Source: the human T2T-CHM13v2.0 reference genome, Homo sapiens. Taken from it: 64,000 bases of DNA. Shown piece by piece: positions 1 to 21,203 of the stretch. Made by a program: the position numbers and the translations under genes. The stretch lies in the NCBI RefSeq assembly GCF_009914755.1, contig NC_060937.1; one strand, written 5' to 3'. Numbering within the stretch: position 1 is the first letter of the stretch; each line of letters opens with the position of its first letter. The notes beneath the pieces were generated by a model. It had not been told where the DNA came from, ran no database searches, and saw only the letters and a list, made by a program, of their open reading frames with translations.

Positions 1-280
1 TTTTAGGAGGCAGAGGCTGAGGCTGGCAGATCACTTGAGCCCAGGAGTTTGAGACCAATCTGGGGCAACATGGCAAAACCCCGTTTCTACAAAAAAATAA
101 AAAAATTAGCTGGGCATGGTGGCACCTGCCTGCAGTCCTAGCTACTCGGGAGGCTGATGTGGGAGGGATTCCCTGAGCCCAGGGAGGTTGAAGCTGCAGT
201 GAGCCATGATCGCATCACTGCACTCCCGCCTGGGTGACAATGAAACCCTATCTCAAAACACACAAACAAACAAAAAAAAA
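1..280 (+). mobile_element. Alu (AluJ-like), 5' end outside the window
   Basis: Dimeric Alu with cacttgagcccaggagtttgagacc and an A-rich tail. Confidence 0.9.
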
Positions 281-628
281 GTGAGTTTAGTCAAGTTGCT
301 AATTACAAGATTAATGAATAAAATGAACTGCATTTAAATCAACAACATTTAGAAAATAAACATTTTAAAGGGATATCATTTAAATAACCACAAAATATCA
401 AATATCTAGGAATAAATCTCATCAAAAATATGCAAGCTTTCTACACAGAAAATGAGAAAACATTGTAAAGAGAAATGGAAGGAAACCTAACTGAATGAGA
501 GAACATCTCTCTTCATGGGTTGGATGGGTCAATATTGTAAAGATTCAATTCTCCCCAATCTATAGATTCAACACAATTCCAAACAAATTTCTATCAGGTG
601 TGTGTATTTGACCAGCTGACTCCCCAAT

Positions 629-3487
<2,859 letters not shown>

Positions 3488-4468
3488 TTCCCAAATTTAT
3501 ATGGAAATGTAGACGGCCTAAAATACACAAACAATTATGAAGAAAAAGATGATTGTCCTCACTTGACTGGAAATAAGGACTATTAGAAAGCTACAGTAAG
3601 ATGGTTGTGCTATTGGCACACAGATGAAAAATCAATGAACAGAATAGAAAGGTCAGAAGCAGACTCATGTTCTGCAGGGAAGTAAAGAAATAAAAATCTT
3701 CTCAACCAGTGTACTGGAATAATTGGATAGCCATATATGGAAAAAGATGAAACTTAACCTCTTCCTCACACCACACCTATAAATCAATTTTTAAATGAAT
3801 GAACCATCTAGAAGAAAATATAGTAGTAGAATGTCTTTAAACTCAAGGAAAATTTTCTTAATCAGGACACAAAAACACAAACTTTATAAAGAGAAAGCAT
3901 AATACCTATGATGGTAATACAACTAAGAACTTCTGTTAACCAAAAGATACTCCTAAGAGAGAGAAAAGGCAAATCACAGAGCAGAAAAGTTTTCTTGAAA
4001 TACATATATGACCAATAACAGAATGGAAATCAGAATATATAAAAAACTGCAAATCAAGAGAAAAAAAGACAAATAATCCAGGAGAAAAATGGGTAAGAAA
4101 ACTTAACAGTTACTTTACAAAAAAGGATATCCAAATACTTAATAATATTAAGAAAACTTCTTCAATCTTATTAGTAATTATAGAAATGCAAATGAACACC
4201 ACCATAATATGCCATCACACAAACACCCAATGGCTAAAAATCAAAATACTCAGAATTGCAAGTACTGGGGAAGATATGGAATGCTTCGAGTGTGCGATAC
4301 CAGTGGAGTGAAAATTGGTACAACTGTTTTAGAAACAGGTGACATTATCAAGTAAAGTTCAAGATTCATTACCTTAAGACAGAACCATTTTAGTCTGAGG
4401 TACATACTCAACAAAAATATGGCCACATATGCAACAAGAAACATGTATTTTTAAAAGCAGCATTATTG

Positions 4469-4762
4469 GGCCAGGCGCAGTGGCTCACCCTGTAATATCA
4501 GCTCTTTGGTAGGCCGAGGTAGGCAGATCACTTGAGGTCAGCAGTTCGAGACCAGCCTGGCCAACATGGTGAAACCCTGTCTCTACTAAAAATACAAAAC
4601 AGCCAGGCGTGGTGGCAGGCGCCTGTAATCCCAGCTACTCCAGAGGCTGAGGGATGAAAATCACTTGAACCTGGGAGGCAGAGGTTGCAGTGCGCGAGAT
4701 CATACCACTGCACTCCAGCCTGGGTGACAGAGTGAGACTCCGTCTAAAAAAAAAAAAAAAAA
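4469..4762 (+). mobile_element. AluS
   Basis: Full dimer with polyA; TSD aaag(c/t)agcattatt. Confidence 0.95.
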
Positions 4763-5467
4763 GTAGCATTATTTATCATAGTAAAAACTGGAAACAACCC
4801 AAATGTAACAGGAAAAAAAAAAAGAGATTCCACTTGCAGTCACAATTTGTGTAGGAATGAATTTGTGAAAAGATGTGCAAAGACATGATGAAGAAAATAT
4901 AAAATATTTAATTAAAGAATGAACAAGATCAATCACATGTATAACTTATTATCACAAAGTTGTCAGTTCTCTCGAGTGAATCTATAAATTCAATGTAGTT
5001 CCAATGAAAATCCTAAGCGTGTTTTATAATGGAACTTGACAAAATGATTTTAAAATTTAATGAAAGAATAACGTTCCAAGAAGAGCAAGACAATTCTGCC
5101 TTTATCAAACTACAATATAAAGCTACAATAATTACAAAAGTGTGATATAGAGAACTTAGAAACAATTTTGAATATTTCTAGAAACTTGGTATATGATTGA
5201 GAGGAATCACAAATAAATGGAGAACAAAATAGCATGCAATTGATGCTGTTAGGACCGTTGGCTATCCATATGAAAAAAAAACCTCCCCCAAATTTCAATT
5301 AGATTTAAGACCCAAATATTAAAAATGCAACTTGAAGATTTTTGAAGAAATGTGGAATATCTTTACTACCTCAGTATAGGGGTGAATTTCTTAAACATGA
5401 CAGAAAAGCATGAAATACAAACACATCGATTAACACATTTTACCACATTCAAAATTACAAACTTCTT

Positions 5468-5762
5468 GCTGGCACAATGGCTCATGCCTATAATCCCAGC
5501 ACTTTGGGAAGCTGAGGCGAGTGGAATATTTGAGTCCAGGAGTTCAAGACCAGTCTGGGCAACATAGGGAGACCCTGTCTCTACAAAAAATACAAAAATT
5601 GCCCCGGCGTGGTGGCGCGTGCCTGTAATCCCACCTACTCAGAGGGGCTGAGGCGGGAAGATCACTTGAGTACAGGGAGGTTGAGGCTGCAATGAGCCGA
5701 GATTGAGCCATTGTACTCCAGCCTGGGTGACAGAACGAGACTGTGTCTCAAAACAAAACACA
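5468..5762 (+). mobile_element. AluJ-like
   Basis: Full dimer with (CAAAA)n tail. Confidence 0.9.
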
Positions 5763-6734
5763 AATTTACAAGCTTTTATACAACAAAATAAATCACAATC
5801 AAATTTAAAAGACAACACAGTGGGAGAATATACTTGCAATACTAAGAAAAATTGGCATTTAGATTCTTTAAAGAACTCCTATAAATCAATAATAAAATAT
5901 TTCTACTCTCATGATACTACTGATAACCTGCAGGCAGCAACCAATCACAAGACAGCAAGATTAATTTGAATGAACATTTTTAAAAAGAGGCTTCTCTGGT
6001 GCATACCAGCTGAATATTCTCTAAACAACCTAAAAAAATCAACAAAATATTATGTGAACCCAGAATTATGCAAACCCCCTCTCAGCAAAAGTTTTTAGAA
6101 AAAAGTCAAATTTGAAATCCTTCAAGCAAGGAATTAGTATTAGTTAATAGAAAACTGATGCTACTGCTTGAAAAATAACATGTTAGGTTAGGCAATGTGA
6201 AATGGCCATTTTTAAACCAAAAGATGGTTAAAAAACTGGGAACTTCAAATGATTCAACTTCTATATTCTTAATTTAACTATGATATTGTAAATTGCCACT
6301 TTATACAGAATATTCAAACCTGTAGAGCTAAACACTGAACCGGTATATTAACTAATGGGCTTGAAACTAGTTCTCAATAAAACTAAAACTTCATTTTATT
6401 GAATAACATAAGTCAGTTTACAGTGTTATGTTTTCCTGGAATTTGATATAAAAATGGTTTTACAGCCCTCTAAGAAGGTAATTCTTTATGTTTATCAAAA
6501 ATTGTGAAATATACTTAGATGATTATTCAAAGCCTAAACCTGAATGAGAGAAAATCTAACTGAACTTAAATTGATTGGATTTACAAGTGGCTTTTCCCCC
6601 CATTTTAACCCCACCAATATAAACTTCTTTGTATCATTACACTATCATAAGTCCAGTATAATTTTTGAAATAGCATCTCTGTGTTGGCTCCCTTAATCTA
6701 AAAGATTCTCACCAAGTTTAAGAACAAACTTAAA

Positions 6735-8210
6735 TATTACTGGAACAAAAACAGACATATAGATCAATGGAACAGAATAGAAAGCCCAGAATAAATCCGT
6801 GCATTTTTCAGCTGATCTTCAACAAAGGTGCCAAGAATCCACGATGAGGAAAGGACAGTCTCTTCAATAAACAATACTGGGGAAACTGGACATCCACTTG
6901 CGGAAGAATGAAACTGCACCCTATCTCACCCAGTGTACAAAAATCAACTCAAAGTAAAGACTTAACTGTGAAACCTGAAACTGGAAAACTACTAGAAGAA
7001 AACATAGGGGAAAAGTTTCTTGACACTGGTCTGGGCCAAGATTTTTTGGATATGACTGAAAAGCACAGGCAACAAAAGAAAAAATAGACAAATGACATTG
7101 TATCAAACTGAAAAGCTTTTGCACAGCAAAGGAAACAATTATAAAGAGACCACCTACAGAATGGGAGAAAAATACCTGCAAAGCATATATTCAAGAACAG
7201 GTTAATTTTTTTTTTAAAGGAACTCAAACAACACAATAACAAGAGAACAAGTTACTTCTCTAAAAAATGGGCAAAGAACCTGAAAAGATATATCTCAAAA
7301 GAAGACATATGAATGGCCAAGAGGTATATGAAAAAATGCTCAACATCATTAATCATCAGGAAAACCAAATTAAAATCACAAAGAGATATCCTCATACCTG
7401 TTAGGATGGTGATTAACAAAAAGACAAAAGAAGAGTTGGTGAGGATGTAGAGAAAAGAGAACCCTCTTGTACACTGTTGGTGTGAGTGTAAATTAGTAGT
7501 TATTATGGAAAACAGCATAGGGACACCTCAAAAAACTAAAAATAAAAAAATAGAACTACCATATGATTTGGAGATTCCACTTCTGGGTATATGTCCAAAG
7601 AAAATGAAATCTGCACTCCCATGTTCACTGCAGCATTATTCATAATAGCCAAGCTATGGAGTCAATCTAAATGTCATCAATGGAAGAACAGATAAAGAAT
7701 ACCTGGTATATATAAATAAGAACACACTGTTCGGCCTTAGAGGATATCCTGTCCCTTGAGATAACAAGGATGAGCCTGGAGAACGTTATGCTAAGTGAAA
7801 GGAGCCAGGCATAGAAAGACAAATATTGGATGTCTCACTTCTTTGTGGACTCTAAAAATGTCAAATTCATAGAAGCAGAGAGTAGAATGGTGGTTACCAG
7901 GGGCTGGGGGGAACAAAAAGGAGGGATTGTGGAGATGTCAGTTAAAGGATGCAAAATTTCAGTTAGACAGGAATAAGTTCAGGAAATTTATTGCACAACA
8001 TGGTGACCATAGTTAATAATAATATAGATTTGAAAATTACTGAGAGAGTACAATTTAAATGTTCTCACCACAAAAAAGTAAAAAGTATGTGGAGTAATGC
8101 ATATGTTAATTAGGTTGATTTAGCCATTTTACAATGTTTACATATATCAAAACATCATGTGGTATACCATGAATATACTGATTTTTATTTGTTAATTTAA
8201 AAATAAAAAA
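6735..8210 (+). mobile_element. L1MA-type 3' end
   Basis: ORF2 3' similarity (gatcaatggaacagaatagaaagcccag) followed by an L1MA 3'UTR and A-rich end. Confidence 0.85.
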
Positions 8211-8565
8211 GAGCAGCCTTAAATAAAACTACTCTGACACTCCAAAATTAAAGACTTTGTATTTTGAGAGATATAAACTGGCAAACCAAAAACAAAGATA
8301 TCCAAATAGAAAAACAAGAGAAAATATGCTCAACCCTCCTTAGTTCTTTTTTCCTACTTTCTTCCCTTCCTTATCCTCTCCCTATCTCCTACTCTTCCTC
8401 CTCTCCTCTTTCCTTTCTCCTTCCCTTCTTTCAGTCTTACAGCTAATACTTTTAAATGCTAACAATTACTAATACTTATTAATAGCAACAGGTATCTTGT
8501 TCTTGTGCTTTACATATCCTTACACGTCTTTAGAATGGGAGGAATAAAAAGGAAAACGTTATTAC

Positions 8566-8654
8566 CTTTGCCTCCTTTACAGTGAATCACTACGATGTTT
8601 TCAGAATCTTGAGCCATCCACTCCAACACTTCCTTGGAGAATGCTACCATCTCC
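8566..8654 (-). pseudogene. TPTE2P exon with catalytic P-loop, 89 nt
   Basis: tcag|G GAG ATG GTA...GGC AAA G|gtaata gives EMVAFSKEVLEWMAQDSENIVVIHCKGGK(G); TPTE2-type HCKGGK rather than TPTE-type HCKGGT; phase 2-1. Confidence 0.96.
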
Positions 8655-8757
8655 CTGATTTCAAGGTTAGGATTTTTAGTTGAGTTAAAATATTTTCAAA
8701 AAATCAAGCCCAATAGATTTAGCCCCCTTCTCATAGTCAACTTAGCATAAAACTTAC

Positions 8758-8839
8758 CGTAGAGTGGGGACATTATGATCATCGATCATGATTCTACTGA
8801 CCCTATTATGGAAGTGCTTAGGATCATAAGCTCTTTCAC
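8758..8839 (-). pseudogene. TPTE2P exon (WPD-loop equivalent), 82 nt
   Basis: ttag|GT GAA AGA GCT TAT...CTA CG|gtaagt gives (S)[26 protein letters not shown](R); phase 1-2. Confidence 0.96.
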
Positions 8840-9131
8840 CTAAAATAAATAATATGTATGTCATATCTCTATATATAATAACATAGTAAATGATGAAGTT
8901 ATGAGCAACATAAAATATCTTATTAGAAATTCCCTATCCATCTTCAAAAGGAGCTTTCCAAGTTGCTTCTGCTGCTCTAAAATAAACTTAAGAATCTCAA
9001 AAACATAAGCATATAAGCAGATTATCCATCTCATGTCACCTAAACTCAACTTACTTTTGTTTAATAGGTGTAATTTTTAACTTTCTAGCAGACTATCATT
9101 ATATTATTGCAGGGTAGTTAGAAACCACGCA

Positions 9132-13102
<3,971 letters not shown>

Positions 13103-13349
13103 TAAAATGGTTTGCCTTCACTCTAGCCTCATTGGTCCTGCCAGAGCTGCCTCCTTCATAGGGTACTTTGTGCTCCTGGGCTAACTCCTTCTACCAAATG
13201 GGGCCAGTCCAAGACAGGGATTTTTAAATTCCTTCCTCACCACCACCAAATACTTATGATTAAATGCAATGTAAAAAACAAAATCATCTTCTTACATTCA
13301 GTAATCTGTTTTCTATCTACAGTAGCAAAATACAGAGTAAGGTACATAC

Positions 13350-13411
13350 TGCATAGATTGTAGACTCGATAGTGGTTTGGATGTTTCTTTGTCTAGAAAC
13401 TGTATGACTTC
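13350..13411 (-). pseudogene. TPTE2P exon, 62 nt, with +1 frameshift
   Basis: GAA GTC ATA CAG TTT CTA GAC A[A]AG AAA CAT CCA AAC CAC TAT CGA GTC TAC AAT CTA TGC A; reads EVIQFLDKKHPNHYRVYNLC only after removing one A at ~13389. Confidence 0.93.
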
Positions 13412-15192
13412 CTAAAAAAGAGAAACACATATTTTCCATAGTCACATGGCACCAACATAAGCCATTTCCACGAGGAACCTAAAATGGTTATTACTTTCTA
13501 TTACTTTGTCTCTCACTAGCATCTTCTAGGGGAGACTCAGGGAATACAAGCGTATGCCAATTTCAAGTTCTAATCCACTGTGGTTTTTCAAATAGTCCAC
13601 AAAGCGTGTTTGACTACTCAGATTAGCCTCTATTGTAAATACACACTGTTTAAAGCTATCAGAAAAGTAAATTAGATGGTTAACTAACTTTAAGTAAATT
13701 TGTTCCAAATCATAATTCACAGTTAATGTGGTTCTTATTTAAATCTAATTCATATTGCTTCTTATTTAAATTTAATTCTGATTAGGTATGTCTTTTAGAT
13801 AGTGATTTGAATATTACATTCTACCTAAGCACTATGTAAACAAATAAATGCAAAAAGTATACACTATGATTGTGTGTGTATGCATGACAGAAAAAGATAA
13901 ACATATTATATCAATTTATAAATAACTCGTAACAATATGGAAACTTTTTTGGCTCACCTGTTCTCTTAATTTTTTAATGAAGATATATATATACCGGTAA
14001 GTGTGTGTGTGTGTGTATATATATATATACCTTTTCAATGAAAAATAGTAATTATCTGAAATATAATTAATATCACTATACAAATCCAACAATTTTTTCA
14101 GGAAATATCTCTTTCTGAAACATACACACATATGTATATATCTCTGTGCAACAACAAAAATGACACAATTTCAAAAACTGATTAGTATGGTACTGTCAGA
14201 ACAATGTTTACTGGCTTAATATGGAGAACACTAACATTAAGGTATCAAAGTCATCCATTTATTAAATTGGTTATCTATGTTAGGAGGAAATAATACGTCA
14301 AAAAGATGAACACTCCGAATCTGCATAGTGGCAGAGAGGAAGGATAAAACATTTCATATACTTTAGAATTCATGAAATTTCTTACCTAAAATCCATATAC
14401 ATTTAGAAAACACATATTAAAAACTACAAACATCTATGAGAAATTTAAGTGAATTTTAATTCTTTGAATGAGGAAGAACTAAAAGTGTTGAATCAATGGA
14501 AGATCTATAGCCTTAGGTTTAACTTCATAAAATTCTGAAATTTCTGTTGAAAAATGCTATAATGAACAACAGGGGAAAATATTTTTTCAGAAAAATGCAC
14601 TGTTGGGGACTATGCCTAGGATAATAAATTAATAATTCATTAACAACAACTTAAATATTACTCCCTCATCTTATAGATAAATGGGCCAAGGACATAAACA
14701 ATCCATAAAAGAGAAAATCAAACTGATTAACAACCTACATAATATTCAGTGTCGCCAATAAAGAAGTCAAAACAACAGTGACATGACATTTGCGCCCATG
14801 AAATTAGCCCTTTTCCTTTTAATGAGAAAATCCAATGCTGGCAAAATAAGGCATGACATTAAAAACTTTGATTTATTTTGATACAGTAATACAATTGCTC
14901 TTGGATTTGGCAATATATATTAAGAACCCTAAAAATATTCATTCTCTTCAACTAGGTAATTTCACTCCTAACAATCTGTACAGAAAAAGCCTTACGCCCA
15001 AAGATATTTGTTGTTGTATTATTGATAATAGTGACACTTACATGTCCAACATTAGAGGTTCATCATAGCACTAATGAAATATCATGCAACCATTAGAATA
15101 CTGTCCTGTTCTTCATTCTCTCAACCAGTAAATATCTCACTGCAGTAATTTATGTGCAGGCTTCTTTAGCGTACATATATAGGAAAACAGTT

Positions 15193-15591
<399 letters not shown>

Positions 15592-15599
15592 CTAAAAAA

Positions 15600-15709
15600 T
15601 TATATATATATACATATATGTATATGTATATATATGTGTGTGTATATACTTTTTATAATTATATGTTTATATATACTTTTTATAATTATATGTGTATATA
15701 TACTTTTTA

Positions 15710-15757
<48 letters not shown>
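15600..15757. repeat. (TA)n microsatellite containing three copies of a ~25 bp tatatactttttataattata unit
   Basis: Seen directly in the sequence. Confidence 0.9.
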
Positions 15758-15760
<3 letters not shown>

Positions 15761-16137
15761 TCAATATATTGATGATTTACTGCTGTGTTTCCTGATCTAA
15801 GTAGTTTACTAAAGGATCCAAATACCTCTTATTCAAAGTAGGTGAAAAGGGACATAAAGAACCTAGAGAAAAGGTGAACTCTGCCAAGAATCTACATTTT
15901 TCTGGTCACAAGCTGTCACCAGATGGACAGTTTCTGTTTTCAACCAGAATAAAGAGCATTCAATTCTACCAAGAACAGAAATCAAAAGATGGCTAAGAAG
16001 ATTTTAGGACTGTAGGTAATTGTATATCTGATTTTTCTCATAGCTCAGCCTTTGCATGCGCTTACTAAGTTTATACTTTCTGATGCAACTTCCTTGTGAT
16101 GCAAAAGTAGAAAATGCTACTCTGTGAAAGCCTTCTT

Positions 16138-16366
16138 TTTTTTTTTTCTTATTTTCCATATTTCTTTTTTTTTTTTTTTTTTTATACTTTAAGTTTTAGG
16201 GTACATGTGCACATTGTGCAGGTTAGTTACATATGTATACATGTGCCATGCTGGTGCGCTGCACCCACTAACTCGTCATCTAGCATTAGGTATATCTCCC
16301 AATGCTATCCCTCCCCCCTCCCCCCACCCCACCACAGTCCCCAGAGTGTGATATTCCCCTTCCTGT
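16138..16366 (-). mobile_element. Short 5'-truncated L1PA2-type insertion
   Basis: ~200 bp of 3'UTR with the GAG diagnostic; 16-bp TSD ctgtgaaagccttctt at 16122-16137 and 16363-16378. Confidence 0.93.
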
Positions 16367-17749
16367 GAAAGCCTTCTTGCAACAACCTCCACCTTCGGTT
16401 TTCCTAAATCTGCTCAACTCTTCTCTCTGCCTATCTTAGTACATTCCTTCATTTGGAAGCAAAGGTACACCCTCTGTACCTGCATGAGGTGGTAGCAGTG
16501 GCCAAACTTCTTGATGCTTCCACCACAGTGCTTGTTTGTCCACTAACTCTATGGGTCCAACATCTCTAAAGTTTTTGCTACTTCAAGGCAGCATCTGACA
16601 TTTCTCCACTAGTAAATTTACCACTTAGGAAATTGTAAGGTCTGCTTTGCATATTCAGTGTTGTTCAAAATGTAACCCTGCAAATTTATTCTCTTATAAG
16701 AATAAAGAGGAATCACATGACTGTTTAGCATCCTCTCAGAAGTTAAGTATACCCGGATTTGAATCATGTACCTTTGAGTCAACCTTGATTTAATATACAT
16801 CGTGGATGGTTCTCAAAAATGACAAAGGCACTCCAAGTGCAGAATATGCTGTTGTCATTGAACATGCAATGACTGAAGTGCTCCATGGCCTAATTCTCGG
16901 CCTGTCCAGGTAGCTGAACTAGTAGCTTAGATTTGGGGCTGCGCTCTGGCAAAGATGAAAGACTAAATATTAATATGGACAGTAGATTTACTTTTTGGGT
17001 GGCTCATGATTTGTGGCATTTATTAAAACACATGATTTATTACCTCCTTTCTGGATACTCTGATTAAAAATGGTAAAGAAATCAGTGACTTATTAGTACT
17101 TTTGTCAATGCCCTAAGGAGATAACAGTTTAATAACGGATAGAAATCAATAGTCTAGCCATCACCCCACAAGGAAATAGTAATGTCTTTGTTTTGATTTA
17201 TATGCTAAGTGAGGTTTTTGGCTGTTAAAAACACCCCAGCTAATATTAAGTCTTCCCAAACTGATATTAGGCACCACCAAAACTACTAAAAGAAAATTGG
17301 CTCAGTTTAGACATGCCATAATTAACTCACAGTTATTAGCTCAACCAGCTTTAAAAAACAATATTAGCAATCAAGAGATGCTTTACCCATAAAGATGGAA
17401 TTGGGAATTTGGGGATCGCTGCCCTCAAGTGGTATGACCCATCCAATGGACCCTGGTCACATTGCTCCATGACTGTTCCCATTATGGGAGAAGAAAAGTA
17501 ATTCCACCTCAAATAAATAGTTTGAAACAATTTTCAAAATTGGCCAAGGGTGTGGTCGAATCATGTCTTAGCTGGGAGTAGTATAACCTGGGTGAGATGT
17601 GGGTCAGATCCTTCTCTTCAAGGTCTTTGGGTATTTACAAATGCATTTTTATACAACTGCTGAAGCCTTGAGTTTCTGACTATATATTAGTTATTTCTTG
17701 TAAACTATCTGCATGTATAAAAATGCTTCCCTGCCTGAGAATAAGGTAG

Positions 17750-18030
17750 AAAGATTCCATCAGTGGTCCCAATTCTTCATCTTTTCCTGAATCCCGGCCC
17801 TCACATTTCACCTTGTAGTGCCCTTTCACTCTAAATTTGGGCTCTATTATGTGAGTTGATTTGGTCAATGGGATGTCACAAAGGAGAGCCTTGCAAAAGC
17901 ACTTGTAAGATTCCACTCTAGCTCTTTCCTTTTGCCATTACCCTGAAACATATCCATCATATTCATCCTGATGGAGGATGAAGATGAGTTTAGCAGATAG
18001 GAGTTATCCAAGACACCAAAGCTAAGGTAA
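17750..18030 (+). mobile_element. MLT1-type (MaLR) LTR fragment
   Basis: ggtcccaattcttcatc...gtgagttgatttggtcaatggga resembles MLT1F/E/G LTR consensus. Confidence 0.6.
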
Positions 18031-18634
18031 ATGTAGACCAACAGATAAAGACATTTCAAGGAAAGAAAATTTCATATCACTCATGCACATAGATGAAAAG
18101 TTCTAAATAAAATATTAGCAAACAGAATCTAGTGATATATAAAACGATAATACATTAAGACCAAAGGGAGTTTATTCCAAAAATAAAAAAGGTTGGCTTA
18201 ACATTTGAAAATCTCATTAATGGAAAAACACAAAAACATTTTGATTACCTTGATAGATGCAGAAAAAATATCCAGTCTACTCAACACCAATTCATGATTG
18301 AAAACTTTTAGCAAACTAGAAATAAAATGGATTGTCTGAATCTGGTAAAGAATGACTACAGAAGCCTATAGCAAACATCGTTTCAAATAGTGAAGTATAA
18401 AATTCCTTCCACCTGAGTTTGGGAATAAGGCAAGGCTGCCTCCTCTTACCATTTCTATTCAATATTACAGTGAAAGTCCTAGATAATTCAATAAGGAAAG
18501 AAAAAAGTACAAAAACTGGGAAGAAAGTAGTAACTTTATGATTGTATACATAAAATCCCAGGGAATCTACACATTAATTATTAAAATGAATGTGTGAATT
18601 TATGAAGGATGCTAGATATAAAGCTAATATACAA

Positions 18635-18915
18635 GGCCAAGTGTGGTGGCTCACACCTGTAATACCAGCACTTTGGGAGGCTCAGGTGGGAAGACTGCTT
18701 GAACCCAGGAGTTTGAGACCAGCCTGGGCCAGTGAGACCAGTGAGACTCCCTGTCTACAAAAATTAAGTTAAAAAAAATTAGCCAAGTGTGGTGGTGCCT
18801 GCTTGTAGTCCCAGCTACACGGGAGACAGAGGTGGGTGAATTGCATGAGCCCAGGTGCCACTGCACTCCAGCCTGCGGTGACAGAGCAAGGCCCTGTCTA
18901 AAACAAACAAACAAA
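18635..18915 (+). mobile_element. AluJ-like with a small internal duplication and a right-arm deletion
   Basis: Alu dimer with a ccagtgaga duplication and a cccagg|tgccactg deletion. Confidence 0.88.
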
Positions 18916-18919
18916 TACT

Positions 18920-20558
18920 AAAACATTCCATGCTCATGGATAGGAAGAATCAATATTGTGAAAATGGCTATACTGCCCAAAGTAATTCATAGATTCAATG
19001 CTATTCCCATCAAGCTACCATTGACTTTTGTCACAGAACTAAAAAAAACTACTTTAAATTTCATATGGAACCAAAAAGAGCTCGTATAGCCAAGACAATC
19101 CTAAACAAAAAGAACAAAGCTGGAGGCATCACACTACCTGACTTCAAACTATACTACAAGGCTACAGTAACCAAAACAGTGTGGTACTAGTGCCAAAACA
19201 GATATATAGACCAATGGAACAGAACAGAGACCTCAGAAATAACACTACACATCTACAACCATCTGATCTTCGACAAACCTGACAAAAACAAGCAATGGGG
19301 AAAGGATTCCCTATTTAATCAATGGTGCTGGGGAAACTGGCTAGCCATATGCAGAAAACAGAAACTGGACCGCTTCCTTACACCTTATACAAAAATTAAC
19401 TCAAGATGGATTAAAGATGTAAACATAAAACCTAAAACTATAAAAACCCTAGAAGAAAATGTAGGCAATACCATGAAGGACATAGGCATGGGCAAAGACT
19501 TCATGACTAAAACACCAAAAGCAATTGCAACGACAGCCAAAATTGACAAATGGAATCTAATTCAACTAAAGAGCTTCTGCCCAGCAAAAGAAACTATCAT
19601 CAGAGTGAACAGGCAACCTACAGAATGGGAGAAAATTTTTGCAATCTACCCATCTGACAAAGGGCTAATATCCAAAATCTACAAATAACTGAAACAAATT
19701 ACAAGAAGAAAACAACCCCATCAAAAAGTGGGTGAAGGACATGAACAGACACTTCTCAAAAGAAGACATTTATGCAGCCAACAAACATACAAAAAAAAGC
19801 TCATCATTACTGGTCATTAGAGAAATGCAAATCAAAACCACAGTGAGATACCATTTCATGTCAGTTAGAATGGCGATTATTAAAAAGTCTGGAAACAACA
19901 GATGCTGGAGAGGATGTGGAGAAATAGCAACACTTTTACACGCTGGCAGGAGTGTAAATTAGTTTAACCATTGTGGAAGACAGTGTGGCGATTCCTCAAG
20001 GATCTAGAACCAGAAATACCATTTGACCCAGCCATCCCATTACTGGGTATATACCCAAAGGATTATAAATCATTCTACTATTAAGACACATGCACACATA
20101 TGTTCATTGCAGCACTATTTACAATAGCAAAGACTTGGAACCAACCCAAATGCCCATCAATGATAGACTGGATAAAGAAAATGTAGCACATACATACACC
20201 ATGGAATACTGTGCAGCCATAAAAAGGAATGAGTTCATGCCCTTTGCAGGGACATGGATGAAGCTGAAACCATCATCCTCAGCAAACTAACACAGGAACA
20301 GAAAACCAAATACCGCATGTTCTCACTCATAAGTGGGAGCTGAATAATGAGAATGGACACAGGGAGGGGAAAGAGGCCTGTCGGGGGTTGGGGGAAAGGG
20401 GAAAGAGAGCATTAGGACAAATACCTAATGCATGCAGAACTTAAAACCTAGATGATGGGCTGACAGCTGCTGCAAACCACCATGGCACACGTATACCTAT
20501 GTAACAAACCTACACGTTCAGCACATGTCTCCCAGAACTTAAAATTTAAAAACAAAAC
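18920..20558 (+). mobile_element. L1PA7/8-type 5'-truncated element inserted in the Alu tail
   Basis: ORF2 3' ORFs (19473-20290) and 3'UTR cctaatgcatgcagaacttaaaacctagatga. Confidence 0.9.
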
Positions 20559-20696
20559 TAAAGTCAATATACAAAAATTAATTATGTTCCTATATACCAA
20601 TAGCAAATAATCAGAAAATGAAGATATTCAAATATTACTTAAAACAGCATAAAAACTTATCGAATGCCTAGAAATAAAACTAACAAAAGATGTGTA

Positions 20697-20992
20697 GGGT
20701 GGGCGTGGTGGCTCACGCCTGTAATCCCAGCACTTTGGGAGGCTGAGGTGGGCGGATCATGAGGTCAGGAGATCGAGACCATCCTGGCTAACACATGAAA
20801 CCCCGTCTCTACTAAAAATACAAAAAAATTAGCTGGGCGTGGTGGCAGGTGCCTGTAGTCCCAGCTACTCTGGAGGTTGAGGCAAGAGAATGGCACAAAC
20901 TCAGGAGGCAGAGCTTGCAGTGAGCGGAGATTGCGCCACTGCACTAAAGCCTGGGCGACAGAACAAGACTCCATCTCAAAAAAAAAAAAAAA
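20697..20992 (+). mobile_element. AluY-like
   Basis: gagatcgagaccatcctggctaacac; TSD aaaagatgtgta. Confidence 0.93.
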
Positions 20993-21155
20993 GATGTGTA
21001 AAACCTGTACACTGCAAACATTGCAAAAAGAAGTCAAAGAAGACATAAGTAGAGAGATATATTATGTTCTTGAGTTGGAAATCTCAATATTTTTACATGT
21101 CAGTTCTCCCTAAATTAAGCAATGTAGTGAATGCCCAAGTCAAAATACTAGCAGG

Positions 21156-21156
<1 letters not shown>

Positions 21157-21197
<41 letters not shown>
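21157..21197. repeat. (TG)n microsatellite
   Basis: About 20 perfect TG units. Confidence 0.95.

Positions 21198-21203
<6 letters not shown>

Noticed and set aside
16370-16415. Minus-strand peptide ADLGKPKVEVVARRL resembling an E1/ThiF motif
   Set aside because: Flanked by stops with no supporting motifs; likely chance.
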